From an uncultured Acidimicrobiia bacterium (GTDB lineage Bacteria > Acidobacteriota > Terriglobia > Versatilivoradales > Versatilivoraceae): DNA of 64,000 nucleotides. Numbering within the stretch: the first letter of the stretch is position 1; every line of letters starts with the position of its first letter. Positions 1 to 9,879 of this stretch are shown piece after piece. A program made the translations under genes and the position numbers. The notes below the pieces were generated by a model. The model was not told the origin of the DNA. It searched no databases and saw nothing but the letters and a program-made list of their open reading frames with translations. The stretch covers positions 640,001 to 704,000 of the forward strand of contig CAWBAT010000004.1 of the NCBI GenBank assembly GCA_963786955.1. The letters run 5' to 3'.

Positions 1-824
1 ATTAACTCATTCGAAATGACGGTGGAGGTTGCCCCTGTATCGACGAGAAACCGGTAAGGGCCGGAGTCATTGATATGGGTTTCGACGATCATGAGTCCAA
101 AGAAGGGTTGAGAGGATATTTCATAGCTTCTTTGTGAGTCTTTAATTCTTCCCACCACTTCATTTTCAAAACTACGAAAGAACGTGAGGAGTGCTTCAGC
201 ATTTTGCACTCTTTCGGGGTAAAACCTCGGCTTCAAGGAGAGATACCTCTCTAGCGACTTCGCTTGTTGCACATAGTTCCGAGTGGCTCCATATCCCTCG
301 CTGGCATAAAAGTAGTTATCTTCCATCTCTGGAGCTAGCTGAATGGCCTTCTGGAAGTGAGCTAAACTCTGGTCAAACTGAAGTCGGCTCAACAAGAGGC
401 GACCCATCGCAAGGTGTGCCTCGGCCTGCTTTGAATTCATCCGTAAACTTTTTTCTAATTGAGCCTCAGCTTTTTTAAACTCACCCTCCCGGAGAAGATA
501 CATCCCATAGGCTGTGAGAATAAATGGATCATTGGGGTTGCGGTGCAATGTTTTCTTAATCTGTTCTGAAGCGAGGTCGAGTTCATCTTCGATTAATAAG
601 ATTTTGATTAATAGCAAGGAGGCTTGTACGGAATCAGGTGACAACTTGAGGACTCTCCGGACTTCCTCTTTGGCAGCAGACAGTTCTCCCTCTTTCAAAA
701 GTACCTGGGCCTTGTCCATCGGACTCACCCTTGATGCCTGAGCGTGTTCGGCGAAAGCCACCAGAAAAAATAGCCAGAAAAAGCAGCCTGACCATAATCT
801 TGGAGACTCAATCCACTTCTTCAT
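1..824 (-). CDS. Secreted TPR-repeat aspartyl protease (retropepsin-like), 3' end beyond window; absent from the ORF track
   Basis: Manual translation from ATG 824: MKKWIESPRLWSGCFFWLFFLVAFAEHAQA signal peptide, then TPR-like helices, then PYRFLVDTGATSTVIS (DTGA aspartyl protease motif) at about 60-10. Confidence 0.85.
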   Translation of the reverse strand, partial: MKKWIESPRLWSGCFFWLFFLVAFAEHAQASRVSPMDKAQVLLKEGELSAAKEEVRRVLKLSPDSVQASLLLIKILLIEDELDLASEQIKKTLHRNPNDPFILTAYGMYLLREGEFKKAEAQLEKSLRMNSKQAEAHLAMGRLLLSRLQFDQSLAHFQKAIQLAPEMEDNYFYASEGYGATRNYVQQAKSLERYLSLKPRFYPERVQNAEALLTFFRSFENEVVGRIKDSQRSYEISSQPFFGLMIVETHINDSGPYRFLVDTGATSTVISNEL

Positions 825-1614
825 CACGCCTCATTTTTCTTAACCGCAATTTTTGCTTCCATAAGAATTTCATCATGCTCCGGAAATGATATCCCTTGGC
901 TCTATAGGAAAAAGCTTTCGCACTTTCTCTTAGATGTTGATGAACCATTCCGGCGGCGGGGTTGTATACGACTTTCCAACCATTTTCATGAATCCTGAAA
1001 CACAAGTCGACGTCCTCGAAATAAAGAAAATAGCGCTCATCAAATAGCTCGGGGCCCGCGGCGGACCGGCGAATCATCATGGCAGCTCCCAATCCCCAAT
1101 CCACGGTCATCAGGTTATTGTGATCCCAATCTATCATGAGATGCTGCCGTACCAAAGGGTGGTTGGCGAACCTATTCTTCCAGGGTCCTCGGCGCATCAG
1201 TAAAGTCTGATAGGAGTAAAAACGTCGGCAGGAGTATTGTAATGTGCCATCGGGGTATTTGAGCTTTGGCAGGACAATCCCGGCTTTCAAGTCCGCCTGA
1301 ATCGTTTGAAGAAGCACCTGGAGAGCCTGGGGTTCGACCCGGACATCTGGGTTCAACAAAAGGACATATTCGCTTTGACTCAAGCGATAGCCCATGTTTG
1401 CCGCGCGGCCAAACCCAAGATTTGAAGGGCTTTGAATTAACCGCAGGTTCGGCCAATCGGCTTCATTAAAAGAAGCCATTTCTTCCGGGACCCCATTATT
1501 GATGACAAAAATTTGATCGTCAACGACGGTGTCGCTGCTCAGAAGAGATGTCAAGCATGATTGCAGCAAGTCTCCAGATCGAAAGTTGACAATGATGACA
1601 GAGAGAAGGCTCAT
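808..1614 (-). CDS. GT2 glycosyltransferase (WbbL/rhamnosyltransferase-like)
   Basis: LSVIIVN, NLGFGRAAN, LLLNPD and FDERYFLYFEDVDLC motifs. Confidence 0.9.
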   Translation of the reverse strand: MSLLSVIIVNFRSGDLLQSCLTSLLSSDTVVDDQIFVINNGVPEEMASFNEADWPNLRLIQSPSNLGFGRAANMGYRLSQSEYVLLLNPDVRVEPQALQVLLQTIQADLKAGIVLPKLKYPDGTLQYSCRRFYSYQTLLMRRGPWKNRFANHPLVRQHLMIDWDHNNLMTVDWGLGAAMMIRRSAAGPELFDERYFLYFEDVDLCFRIHENGWKVVYNPAAGMVHQHLRESAKAFSYRAKGYHFRSMMKFLWKQKLRLRKMRRDEEVD

Positions 1615-4600
1615 TGCATGACATCTTCATGGATTCGCTCGAATAATTCGGTCAACTGGCCCACACCAAAATTTTCTTTAACTCGCAAGCGGGCGGTATT
1701 CCCCATTTCCCTCCGTCGGTCAGCGTCTTGAAGGAGAGTGACTGTGTCCCGGATAAAATCTTCAGGAGTATCTGAAATCATGAGGTCACGACCACTTTCA
1801 AAAGGATATCCTTCTGCGCATCTTCTCGTTGCGACCACTGGTTTTCCCATTGCCATGGCTTCAAGAACCTTTCCACGTAATCCTGCACCGCTGATGACCG
1901 GCGCGACAAAAACAGAGTGTCTCTGCAAGTAAGGTCGAACATCCGGAACATAATCGGTGAAAATGACGGAATCTCGATGACTGTAGATTAGAATTTCGGG
2001 TGGAGGAAATCGGCCAATAATCGTGATATTCGCCCCCGGTACCGCCTGGAGAATCCCCGGCCAAATTTTCTGGAAAAAATATTGAAGTCCTTCAACATTG
2101 GGGGGATGCTTAAAATATCCTATAAAAATCAGACTATTCGGCGTTTCCTCGCAAGTGGGACAGGATGCAAAGTACTCGGTATCCACACCTGTCCGCGCTA
2201 AACGAATATTGATCAACTTCAGTTTCGTTTCCAAGTAACTCTGGTCGACCGAAGACAAGGCGACAACGGATTTGACCTTGCGGCACAGATGACTTTCATA
2301 AGCCTCCATCAGTTTCCATTTGAAAAAACTCTTTGCTTTGAGATAAAGACCCGATGCCCGCTGAAAATTCCTTTTGTAAGCCAAACTCAGCACTTCATGA
2401 TGCGTTAAGAGGCTCGGGTACTCACTGAGGTCGGGAATGAAGTTTAAGGTATGCAGGTACTCGCACTGCACCAGATCCAAGTCTTCCTTCTTCAACTGAT
2501 TGAGAACTTCTTTGCGCATGAGCAGGCACGCATTGATCACCGCAAAGATTTTAGAAAAAAGAAACGAGCTCTTTAACTCATCACTGTAGGGATGCAGCGT
2601 AATCGTTTTGACTTCCTTACAGTACTGACGAAGATAATCAGCGTGCAGCTTTTCTTCGTCAGTTTCCATAAAAGAAAGCAAAGTAATTTCATGATGGGCT
2701 GATAATCCTTTGATCAAATTAACGACGACCCATGACCCGTCGAGCCCGAGCCTAGGCAATCGTTTCGAGACAATCAATATCTTCTTGGGTCGGTTATGGA
2801 TCTTTCCCTTGAGCAGATATTTGTGCCTATAGAGGAACCACGAGTCAATGATTGCCAACGTTTCCTCGTCGGAAAGCCGTGACAGCCGATTGGAGCTTAA
2901 CCGGTTCCAGAGGATCCTGGGAATTTTGAGGAGTGCTCCCAGAAATGCCATGAGAATAGCAAAACGTCTTCGACTCAAATCTAACAGAATCCGGAATGGA
3001 AGCTTCGCCAGGTGATTAATGAACATCCGGACGGAAGTAATATTTTGCCAGAAGAAAACAAACAGGTTTCTCCAGATAAGGTAATCAATTTTTCTGTTAC
3101 CGAGCTTGGTTGCATTGGTGCTGCGATGCTTATGAGTGACCTTGCTAGCCGGGGAAAAAAGGACTCCATACCCTTTTTTCCAGGCCCGATAAGAGAGATC
3201 TGCATCCTCGACATAGCCGGGATAATAAATCTCGTTAAAGCCCCCGAGCGCCAGAAATTTGGCTCGATCATAAGCGCTCGATCCTCCCCCGGCATAAAAC
3301 ACAGGCACGTATTGGCGCAACTCATCTTGCTCACCCGGTTGGGAATGTCCCACGTAAACGCAACCAAAGACCATCGTTCCAAATGTCTTACCGGTCTCTT
3401 CGCGAATCTTCGATTGGTCGTAATTAAAAATCTGCGAAGTCACAGCAAAGATATCCGGTTGATCAAACCCTTTCAATAATGGGCCGAGAAAACCGGGTTC
3501 CACAATCACATCATTGTTCAACAAAACGACAATATTATTCTTGGCGCATTGAACCCCGATGTTGTTTCCACGACTGAAGCGATAGTTCTTGTCGAGTTCG
3601 ATCAGGCGTACGTCAGGGTAATGGATACGAACGTAATCCTGCGACCCATCGGTACTCCCGTTGTCGACCAGGATGATCTCGTGATCTCCTCCTTCAAATT
3701 CGACCGCTTTCTTAACAGCGTCCAGGCATTCCTGAAGCAATTCCTTTTTATTCCAAGACAAGACAATAATCGAGGCTTTAGCGGGTTTGTAGCTCCGGGG
3801 CAGATCTACGAGGTCATATCCCCTGGTAGAAACAATCAACTGGTCATAGAACTCTTCGACCTGCTTGATGAGAAATTTTCGATTGAAGTGGTGTCTGATC
3901 ACTAACCGGCTTTGGCGACTCATCCGCTCACGGAGTTCCGGGTCACCCAACAGCCGGACAACCGACTCAACCACAGCACCTGAATCCGCAGACTGGATGA
4001 GCAGGCCGGTCTGCTCATGAAGGACCGCTTCGGGCGTCCCGCTCACCTGTGTGGCGACCACAGGTATTCCCACCGACATGGCCTCCAGGACACTAAGCGG
4101 CAAGCCTTCATAGATTGAAGTCAACAAGAACAAATCCAAAGCCGACAATATATCGGCAATGTCCTGTCGCTCACCGGCAAAGATCACGTAAGCGGAGAGT
4201 CCTAAGGCCTCTACCCTTTTCAAGCAATTGTCGCGCTGGGGGCCATCCCCTACGAAGAGGAATCGAGCCTGCGGATAGCTCTTGATAATTCCTGGAATGG
4301 CGTCAATAGTATACTCATGCCCCTTTTGAGCGCTGAACCGCGCTACCGTACCGATCAGGAACTGATCGTCGCCAACCCCGAACTCTGCACGAACGTGTCT
4401 ACGGCCTTCCTCGGAAAATTGATATTTTGAGACTTCAATACAATTCCGAATGAGTTTGACGCGAATCGGATCAATCTTATAGTCGCGGATAAGAAGCCGC
4501 TTGTTTGCTTGAGAGACCGCTATTGTGTAATGCAGGCAAAATGAGATGATCTTCTTGACGAGCTTTTTGGTTCCGACCCCGGCTCGTTTTCCAGTTGCCA

Positions 4601-4991
4601 ATTGGAATGCAAGGTGTTCGGTTGCCAAACGCCATGGGACACGTGCGCAGAAAGCCGCTAAAATGGGGAAGAAGCATCCAAAAGAGTTGTTGAGATTGAA
4701 ATGAACCAATGCCGGGCGCTGCTCAAGAAAGTATCGAAAGGGCACCAAAAAATTAGTGAGCGGGGAACGCCCGTGCGTTTCGACATAGTCCACTTGGATC
4801 TGGGCTTTCTGGAAAAAATCGGCAAGAGGGAGAGTATTAGGCCTTTGGGTGAGGGCGACTCTGGGTTGATATTTTTCTCGATTAATTCCCGGAATCAGCA
4901 ATTTGAGATATTCTTCGGCCCCACCGAGAAAAATCGCGTCGGAGAAAAAAATGATCTTCTGCGGCTCAGACATCAGCTTTTTTCCCCTCAC
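1611..4991 (-). CDS. Tri-domain glycosyltransferase fusion GT4-GT2-GT4 (ATG 4973 is an alternative start)
   Basis: N-terminal GT4 (GGAEEY, EGLPLSVLEAM), central GT2 (VDNGSTDGS, LLNND, YVEDADL), C-terminal GT4 (GLRGKVLEAMAMGKPVVAT). Confidence 0.9.
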   Translation of the reverse strand: MRGKKLMSEPQKIIFFSDAIFLGGAEEYLKLLIPGINREKYQPRVALTQRPNTLPLADFFQKAQIQVDYVETHGRSPLTNFLVPFRYFLEQRPALVHFNLNNSFGCFFPILAAFCARVPWRLATEHLAFQLATGKRAGVGTKKLVKKIISFCLHYTIAVSQANKRLLIRDYKIDPIRVKLIRNCIEVSKYQFSEEGRRHVRAEFGVGDDQFLIGTVARFSAQKGHEYTIDAIPGIIKSYPQARFLFVGDGPQRDNCLKRVEALGLSAYVIFAGERQDIADILSALDLFLLTSIYEGLPLSVLEAMSVGIPVVATQVSGTPEAVLHEQTGLLIQSADSGAVVESVVRLLGDPELRERMSRQSRLVIRHHFNRKFLIKQVEEFYDQLIVSTRGYDLVDLPRSYKPAKASIIVLSWNKKELLQECLDAVKKAVEFEGGDHEIILVDNGSTDGSQDYVRIHYPDVRLIELDKNYRFSRGNNIGVQCAKNNIVVLLNNDVIVEPGFLGPLLKGFDQPDIFAVTSQIFNYDQSKIREETGKTFGTMVFGCVYVGHSQPGEQDELRQYVPVFYAGGGSSAYDRAKFLALGGFNEIYYPGYVEDADLSYRAWKKGYGVLFSPASKVTHKHRSTNATKLGNRKIDYLIWRNLFVFFWQNITSVRMFINHLAKLPFRILLDLSRRRFAILMAFLGALLKIPRILWNRLSSNRLSRLSDEETLAIIDSWFLYRHKYLLKGKIHNRPKKILIVSKRLPRLGLDGSWVVVNLIKGLSAHHEITLLSFMETDEEKLHADYLRQYCKEVKTITLHPYSDELKSSFLFSKIFAVINACLLMRKEVLNQLKKEDLDLVQCEYLHTLNFIPDLSEYPSLLTHHEVLSLAYKRNFQRASGLYLKAKSFFKWKLMEAYESHLCRKVKSVVALSSVDQSYLETKLKLINIRLARTGVDTEYFASCPTCEETPNSLIFIGYFKHPPNVEGLQYFFQKIWPGILQAVPGANITIIGRFPPPEILIYSHRDSVIFTDYVPDVRPYLQRHSVFVAPVISGAGLRGKVLEAMAMGKPVVATRRCAEGYPFESGRDLMISDTPEDFIRDTVTLLQDADRRREMGNTARLRVKENFGVGQLTELFERIHEDVMQ

Positions 4992-5386
4992 TCACGAAGA
5001 TGAGGGGCATAGGACCCCGCTTCGCAAAGCTTTCCGCATTGTCAGACTTAAAGTATAACCTAGTGTATTCATAGGCAGCAACCGGGCATTAAACCGATGA
5101 TGAGAGGCTACAGATGGACGGCACAACTCCCCCATAATTCCTGAATCTTCTTGCTGAGACTGGCCAGAGATGCCATCTCCATTCGACTGAAGAGGGGCAA
5201 CGATCGCTCAATCCCTTCAATAATTGTAGACCCAATGTCGGACAGCTGCTACAAGCAAGAGCCTCCTCCCCCCCTGCCCAATTCCATTCCAGATTGTAAA
5301 AAACACAGGACACCAGAAAGGCCAATTCGATCAATCCACCACAAAGGCGACGGTCAAGAAATAAGGATGTTTAAAAAAATACTGCG

Positions 5387-6622
5387 TCATTCTTGATGCG
5401 CTGGCGCGCTCGACTCTCGAGGGGAGCGGAAACTCCGGCGAGTAGTCAGCACATAAGGAGCGGTGATGAGAAAAAGAAAGATGATCAACACTTCAGAGTC
5501 TCCAAAATTAAATTCGAATTGCCCGGCCACGAAAAGGACCACGACCGTTATGAATCCGATTGCGCAAATGGTTTGCTTCGCGGCGTCGCCGAGGAAACGC
5601 CTATAGTTCTTCCAATGGTCTAATCCGATCTTAACCATCAGCCACAGCCAAGCAACGGCACAAGGGATCCCTCTTTCCGCAGCAAATTGTAAAATGTTAT
5701 TGTGGAGGTGAACGGGGTAGAATCCGTCACGATAACGATCTTCAGGATGATCGTGATAGTCATAAAAGACTTTAGAGACCCTTTGAGGCCCAACACCCGT
5801 TAACGGGTGAGCCTCAATCATCTTCAAACCTGCCTTCCAGATCGCCCGGCGGGCGTAATTGGACGGATCGGAGGAGTCCCAGAGACTCACGAATCGCCTT
5901 TGAAACGGTCCGGGGATAGCCAATAGAACGGCAAGGGTGCAAAGCACTACCATCAGCATTTTCCAATTGAGCCTACCCATTGCCAATATACAGAAAAGAC
6001 CGACAATCGTGGCGATCCAAACACTGCGCGTAAATGTGAAGGCCAAAGCCACTCCGAGCACGCAGGCCAGAGTTGTCCAGACGAGAGCCCTCCTGGGGCG
6101 CAGAATATAAACATAAGCCACGAGGGCTATGAAAACCAGCATCAACTCACCACTAAAGGTCATCCAATGCCCCATAAAGCCAGTCGTCCTGAACCACCCT
6201 TTAGAAAGATAATGAAGCGATTGGTAAATGGATCGTAAAGCCGCAAGCAGCGCTAGAACAAAGAGAAAATGATAAGTTCTGAGGACCAGTTGTTCTGTAA
6301 AAAGGCTGCAGATCAGAGGGATCACTGCAAAGAGCCAAAACTTGTTGATGGGAGGAAGCCCTATCCCAGGTTCAGGAGAAAAGGCAAGCGCAACGAGAGT
6401 CGAAACCATGAATAAAGTGAGTGGGAGCTGGATGGGAGGAAAGTTTACTTGAAAATTTCTTTGCTGGGCTTTAAGAATGAGGAACCCAATAATGCTGAGC
6501 GATAAGCATATCGAGGCTCCGGCGATGGAAACCACGGGGAGTACAACTGCCAGCATCGTGGACCAGCAGGTAATATCCTCAACAATCGATTCCCGATTTT
6601 TCACTTCCGGGTTCCTTGACAC
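5387..6622 (-). CDS. O-antigen ligase / O-oligosaccharyltransferase family (Wzy_C) membrane protein
   Basis: Multiple TM helices; TFTRSVWIA, R-x-x-IWK-x-GL-x-MI-x-x-HPLTGVG and HLHNNILQFAAERGI motifs. Confidence 0.85.
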   Translation of the reverse strand: MSRNPEVKNRESIVEDITCWSTMLAVVLPVVSIAGASICLSLSIIGFLILKAQQRNFQVNFPPIQLPLTLFMVSTLVALAFSPEPGIGLPPINKFWLFAVIPLICSLFTEQLVLRTYHFLFVLALLAALRSIYQSLHYLSKGWFRTTGFMGHWMTFSGELMLVFIALVAYVYILRPRRALVWTTLACVLGVALAFTFTRSVWIATIVGLFCILAMGRLNWKMLMVVLCTLAVLLAIPGPFQRRFVSLWDSSDPSNYARRAIWKAGLKMIEAHPLTGVGPQRVSKVFYDYHDHPEDRYRDGFYPVHLHNNILQFAAERGIPCAVAWLWLMVKIGLDHWKNYRRFLGDAAKQTICAIGFITVVVLFVAGQFEFNFGDSEVLIIFLFLITAPYVLTTRRSFRSPRESSAPAHQE

Positions 6623-6682
6623 ATTCCTCTCACTTTCCCTATGCTTGCGACAAAGTTCATTGGTGGGTAAGGACCGCGTTGC

Positions 6683-8173
6683 ATGACTGACAGTTCTGAA
6701 TCACAACGGTCCAGCGAGATCGGAACAAAAACCATGAGGGGGGTATCCCTCATGGTCATGCGAACGCTGATCCTTTACCCGATTGGCCTCGTCGGAGAAA
6801 TTTGTCTCGCGCGTCTCCTTACCCCTGAGGATTTTGGAGTCTATGCCTTGGCAAGCTTTGTCACGGTGACCCTTGCTGGCGTCCTGGAAGTCGGCCTGGC
6901 CGCTTCATTGATCCAGCGGAAGGCCGAACCTCTTGATGAAGAATATCAAGTCTTATTTTCACTCCAGATTTTGGGAATCACCGCGCTGGTGTTGTTTACC
7001 TTCTTCCTGGCTCCCTATCTATTTCCGCTCCTCGACCTCGACGCCGGTATTCGTTGGAAGCTCCTCGTTCTGCTGTTCTGCCCATGGATCAGCTCCTTCG
7101 CCACGATGTCCAGCGTCAAGCTAGAGCGAGAGCTCCGCTATGCTGTCTTTGCGAAAATCGATATCTTACGGGGTCTTACTTACGTTGCGACCGCGGTCCC
7201 ATTGGCCTATCTGGGCTGCAAATCCTGGAGCTTTGTTGGCGCAATTACGGTCAGTACGATAGTCAAGGCCTGGGTTGCCTTCCGCGAAGCACCCTGGCCA
7301 GTCCGATTCAGACTGCGCCTCAAGGGAATGAGGCATACCCTTCATTTTGGTATCATTTTCCAGTTGTCCACCTTGACGTCCTTATTTCGTGACCATATCG
7401 CCGTTATTCTGGGAGGTCCACTTTTTGGAGCCCAATCGGTAGGCTACTTGAATTGGGCGAAGAATACGACCTACTATTCAAGCCAAATTTTTGCCCAGGT
7501 TGTTTCCAGAGTTGCCTTCCCTTCCATCTCACGTGTTCAGAATGACAGGCAAGCAGCTGCAAGGATGGCCGAACTCCTTCTTAAATACGTCAACATATTC
7601 ACGCTTCCCATCATCATGATATTCGCAGCATTGATTCCTGAGTTCGTCGCCGTCGTTTACACGAACAAATGGAGTCCTGCTATCCCTGCATTTTACGCCT
7701 ACTCGGTACGCATGATTGGCTCCAATTTCACGACTCTGATTATCGGTGTTCTAAGTGCTTTGGGCATGGTGAAGCAGTCATTGAGAATTCTGATTTGGTG
7801 GACGTTATTGGATTGGCTCCTCGCTCTTGCGTTGACTCCTTATTTTGGGTTTACAGGAATTGCCCTCGCTTACGCCGCCAGCGTCGTCCCCATCTCCATC
7901 TGGTTGGTTCTGGAATTGAATCGCACAATCAAGATTAAGTTGGTGTCAAGTTTCTATCAGCCCTTTTTTTTTAGCGCCTTAGCTGGGGTGGTCACCTTCT
8001 TAATAAAGCCATTCTTCTTGCCTTCCTGGGCTTCAGTCATTGGGCTCACTCTGGCAGGGCTGATCATCTTTGTTGCACTTCTTTTACTGGCAGAACGAAA
8101 AGTCATTTTCGGCGAATGCCGAACTTTTCTTGCGATAGTCCTGAAACGACAGGACAACGTCCCTTCTTATTGA
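6683..8173 (+). CDS. wzx: Polysaccharide/oligosaccharide flippase (Wzx/PST family)
   Basis: LARLLTPEDFGVYA, GLAASLIQR and VAFPSISRVQND motifs; many TM helices. Confidence 0.85.
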   Translation: MTDSSESQRSSEIGTKTMRGVSLMVMRTLILYPIGLVGEICLARLLTPEDFGVYALASFVTVTLAGVLEVGLAASLIQRKAEPLDEEYQVLFSLQILGITALVLFTFFLAPYLFPLLDLDAGIRWKLLVLLFCPWISSFATMSSVKLERELRYAVFAKIDILRGLTYVATAVPLAYLGCKSWSFVGAITVSTIVKAWVAFREAPWPVRFRLRLKGMRHTLHFGIIFQLSTLTSLFRDHIAVILGGPLFGAQSVGYLNWAKNTTYYSSQIFAQVVSRVAFPSISRVQNDRQAAARMAELLLKYVNIFTLPIIMIFAALIPEFVAVVYTNKWSPAIPAFYAYSVRMIGSNFTTLIIGVLSALGMVKQSLRILIWWTLLDWLLALALTPYFGFTGIALAYAASVVPISIWLVLELNRTIKIKLVSSFYQPFFFSALAGVVTFLIKPFFLPSWASVIGLTLAGLIIFVALLLLAERKVIFGECRTFLAIVLKRQDNVPSY

Positions 8174-8232
8174 CACGAACCAGTCTAAACCTATTGTCAA
8201 TTTGAAACCGTCCCGTTAGTTGTATCGGACTG

Positions 8233-8292
8233 GTAGGGCGGTCTCGCTGAGACCGCCGCGAAGATTCGGCCCGCAAGGCAAGCGCGTCCTAC
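8233..8292. repeat. GTAG-type REP doublet between convergent genes
   Basis: GTAGGGCGGTCTCGCTGAGACCGCC hairpin and a CTAC end; the same unit recurs at about 12940, 16070-16470 and 22645. Confidence 0.8.
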
Positions 8293-8301
8293 CGCGCTGA
8301 C

Positions 8302-9351
8302 CTATCGCAAGGCTAGAGGTCTCAATGTAAAACCAGCAACCGTCCCTTTAATTTTATTTGTCGAGGCAACATAACAAAACTCGTAAGCCTTGTCTCGGGA
8401 CAGGTCTTCCAAAAAGTGAAACTCGCCAATATGAACTCCCTGCTCAATCAGAAGGTACTGGTGGACCGGGATGAAAGCGCTGCTTCCAGCTGGTGCAGGG
8501 GAAACTTCCAATCCCGAGGTGTCTGACGCGATTAGGATGGCCCCTTTTTGTTCCACCAGCCACTTGGCTGCCTCCAGATTGATTCCGGCCGAATCATGGG
8601 CAAGCAATTTGTCATGGTCGCTTCCTGTCTCCCCCCAATATCGAAGGGTCCCGGTCCGAATGAAAACGGCATCTCCGGGCTGAATATCCACCTTTTCCCA
8701 TTCCAGTGTTTTCTTGAGATCTTCAATAGTGATTGCATAGTGCGCTTCCAATGCATCGACCTTGTGAAAGCCCGCCACATCAACCAAAATACCTCGCACA
8801 ACAATCGGTGGGATGGTCGTCACATCCGTCTTCCGAATGCCCCAGTTACCGCCCCAATCCGCTTCTTTAAAACCGTTATACCAATGATTGTCATCTCCCG
8901 TTGTGATGTGACCGAGACCATCAATTTGTGTGGCCACGTTGTCACTGATGAATAGCGCACAGCTGTGCCAGCCGATTCCTGCCTTGTTGACATTCGGAAG
9001 GACGAATTCTAAATCCTTTTGCCTCTTCACACCTTCCGGGGAGCGAAAAGTCATTATTTCAGCAGGTGAATGTCCAGGCCATTTGAAAGATGTCCTGTCA
9101 TAGGTAATCCCCAAATCGTACATCTTCCCTTGCTTGACGAGGCTAACAGCCTTTAAGCTCATTTCCGGCGTCATCGCATTTAGGGATCCGACTTCATCTT
9201 CTTGGCCCCAGATCCAACCCCATCCCTGGCCTTTCTTCCAGCCTTTTACTTGTGCCTCCAGTGGCGCAGTTGATGAAAGCAAGAACATTCCACAAAACAG
9301 AAGAAGGCAGCCCGCCTTCGTTGGAAGACTTCTTCTTAAACAGCAAATCAT
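8302..9351 (-). CDS. Cyclase-family (kynurenine formamidase-like) metal-dependent hydrolase with signal peptide
   Basis: WG-x-x-DEVGSLN, TQIDGLGH, PGDAVFIRTG and VHQYLLIEQGVHIGE motifs; ATG 9351 preceded by GGAGG. Confidence 0.85.
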   Translation of the reverse strand: MICCLRRSLPTKAGCLLLFCGMFLLSSTAPLEAQVKGWKKGQGWGWIWGQEDEVGSLNAMTPEMSLKAVSLVKQGKMYDLGITYDRTSFKWPGHSPAEIMTFRSPEGVKRQKDLEFVLPNVNKAGIGWHSCALFISDNVATQIDGLGHITTGDDNHWYNGFKEADWGGNWGIRKTDVTTIPPIVVRGILVDVAGFHKVDALEAHYAITIEDLKKTLEWEKVDIQPGDAVFIRTGTLRYWGETGSDHDKLLAHDSAGINLEAAKWLVEQKGAILIASDTSGLEVSPAPAGSSAFIPVHQYLLIEQGVHIGEFHFLEDLSRDKAYEFCYVASTNKIKGTVAGFTLRPLALR

Positions 9352-9613
9352 ATGTCCTCCTTCAGAATTAAGATTTGACTTGGGTATTCTTTGCACGGGA
9401 ATTGTGGACGACACCTGACAGGATTTGCAAGCTCTCTATTGCTTCCTAAGAGTTTCTCTGAGAATCACTCTAACTAGACCAACAACTCGCGACACTTCAC
9501 TACGCCTCAAGATACGAGAGGGAAGGTCTGGGACTGTGAATCAACCCTGTAGAGGAGACATCGATTATGTGTATAATATCCGCATGTAAAACTTGGATTC
9601 CTCATCACCAGGG

Positions 9614-9764
9614 AAGGTGCGAAAAGATTCCGCCGGGTCGGGGATGAAGCATTGAGAAGGCTTCATGCCTACAACATGATGGTAAGATCTTTGAAATCAT
9701 TGTAGGCTTCAGGCTTTCTCAAAGCCTGAACCCCACGCGGCGTTTTCCAATTTTTTCACACCTT
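9614..9764. mobile_element. MITE-like element with 12-bp terminal inverted repeats enclosing an inverted GTAG REP pair
   Basis: AAGGTGCGAAAA ... TTTTCACACCTT (1 mismatch); internal GCCTACAA...TTGTAGGC with hairpins. Confidence 0.45.
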
Positions 9765-9879
9765 AAGAGGAACCAGGGGTAGAGTAAGTCTGAGAAATTT
9801 TGTTTGCCGGCTCAGGGCTTCAGCCCTGAAACAGTGGCTGTTCATGAGAATGACCCATCAATCGAAGGGAATATAAAAA

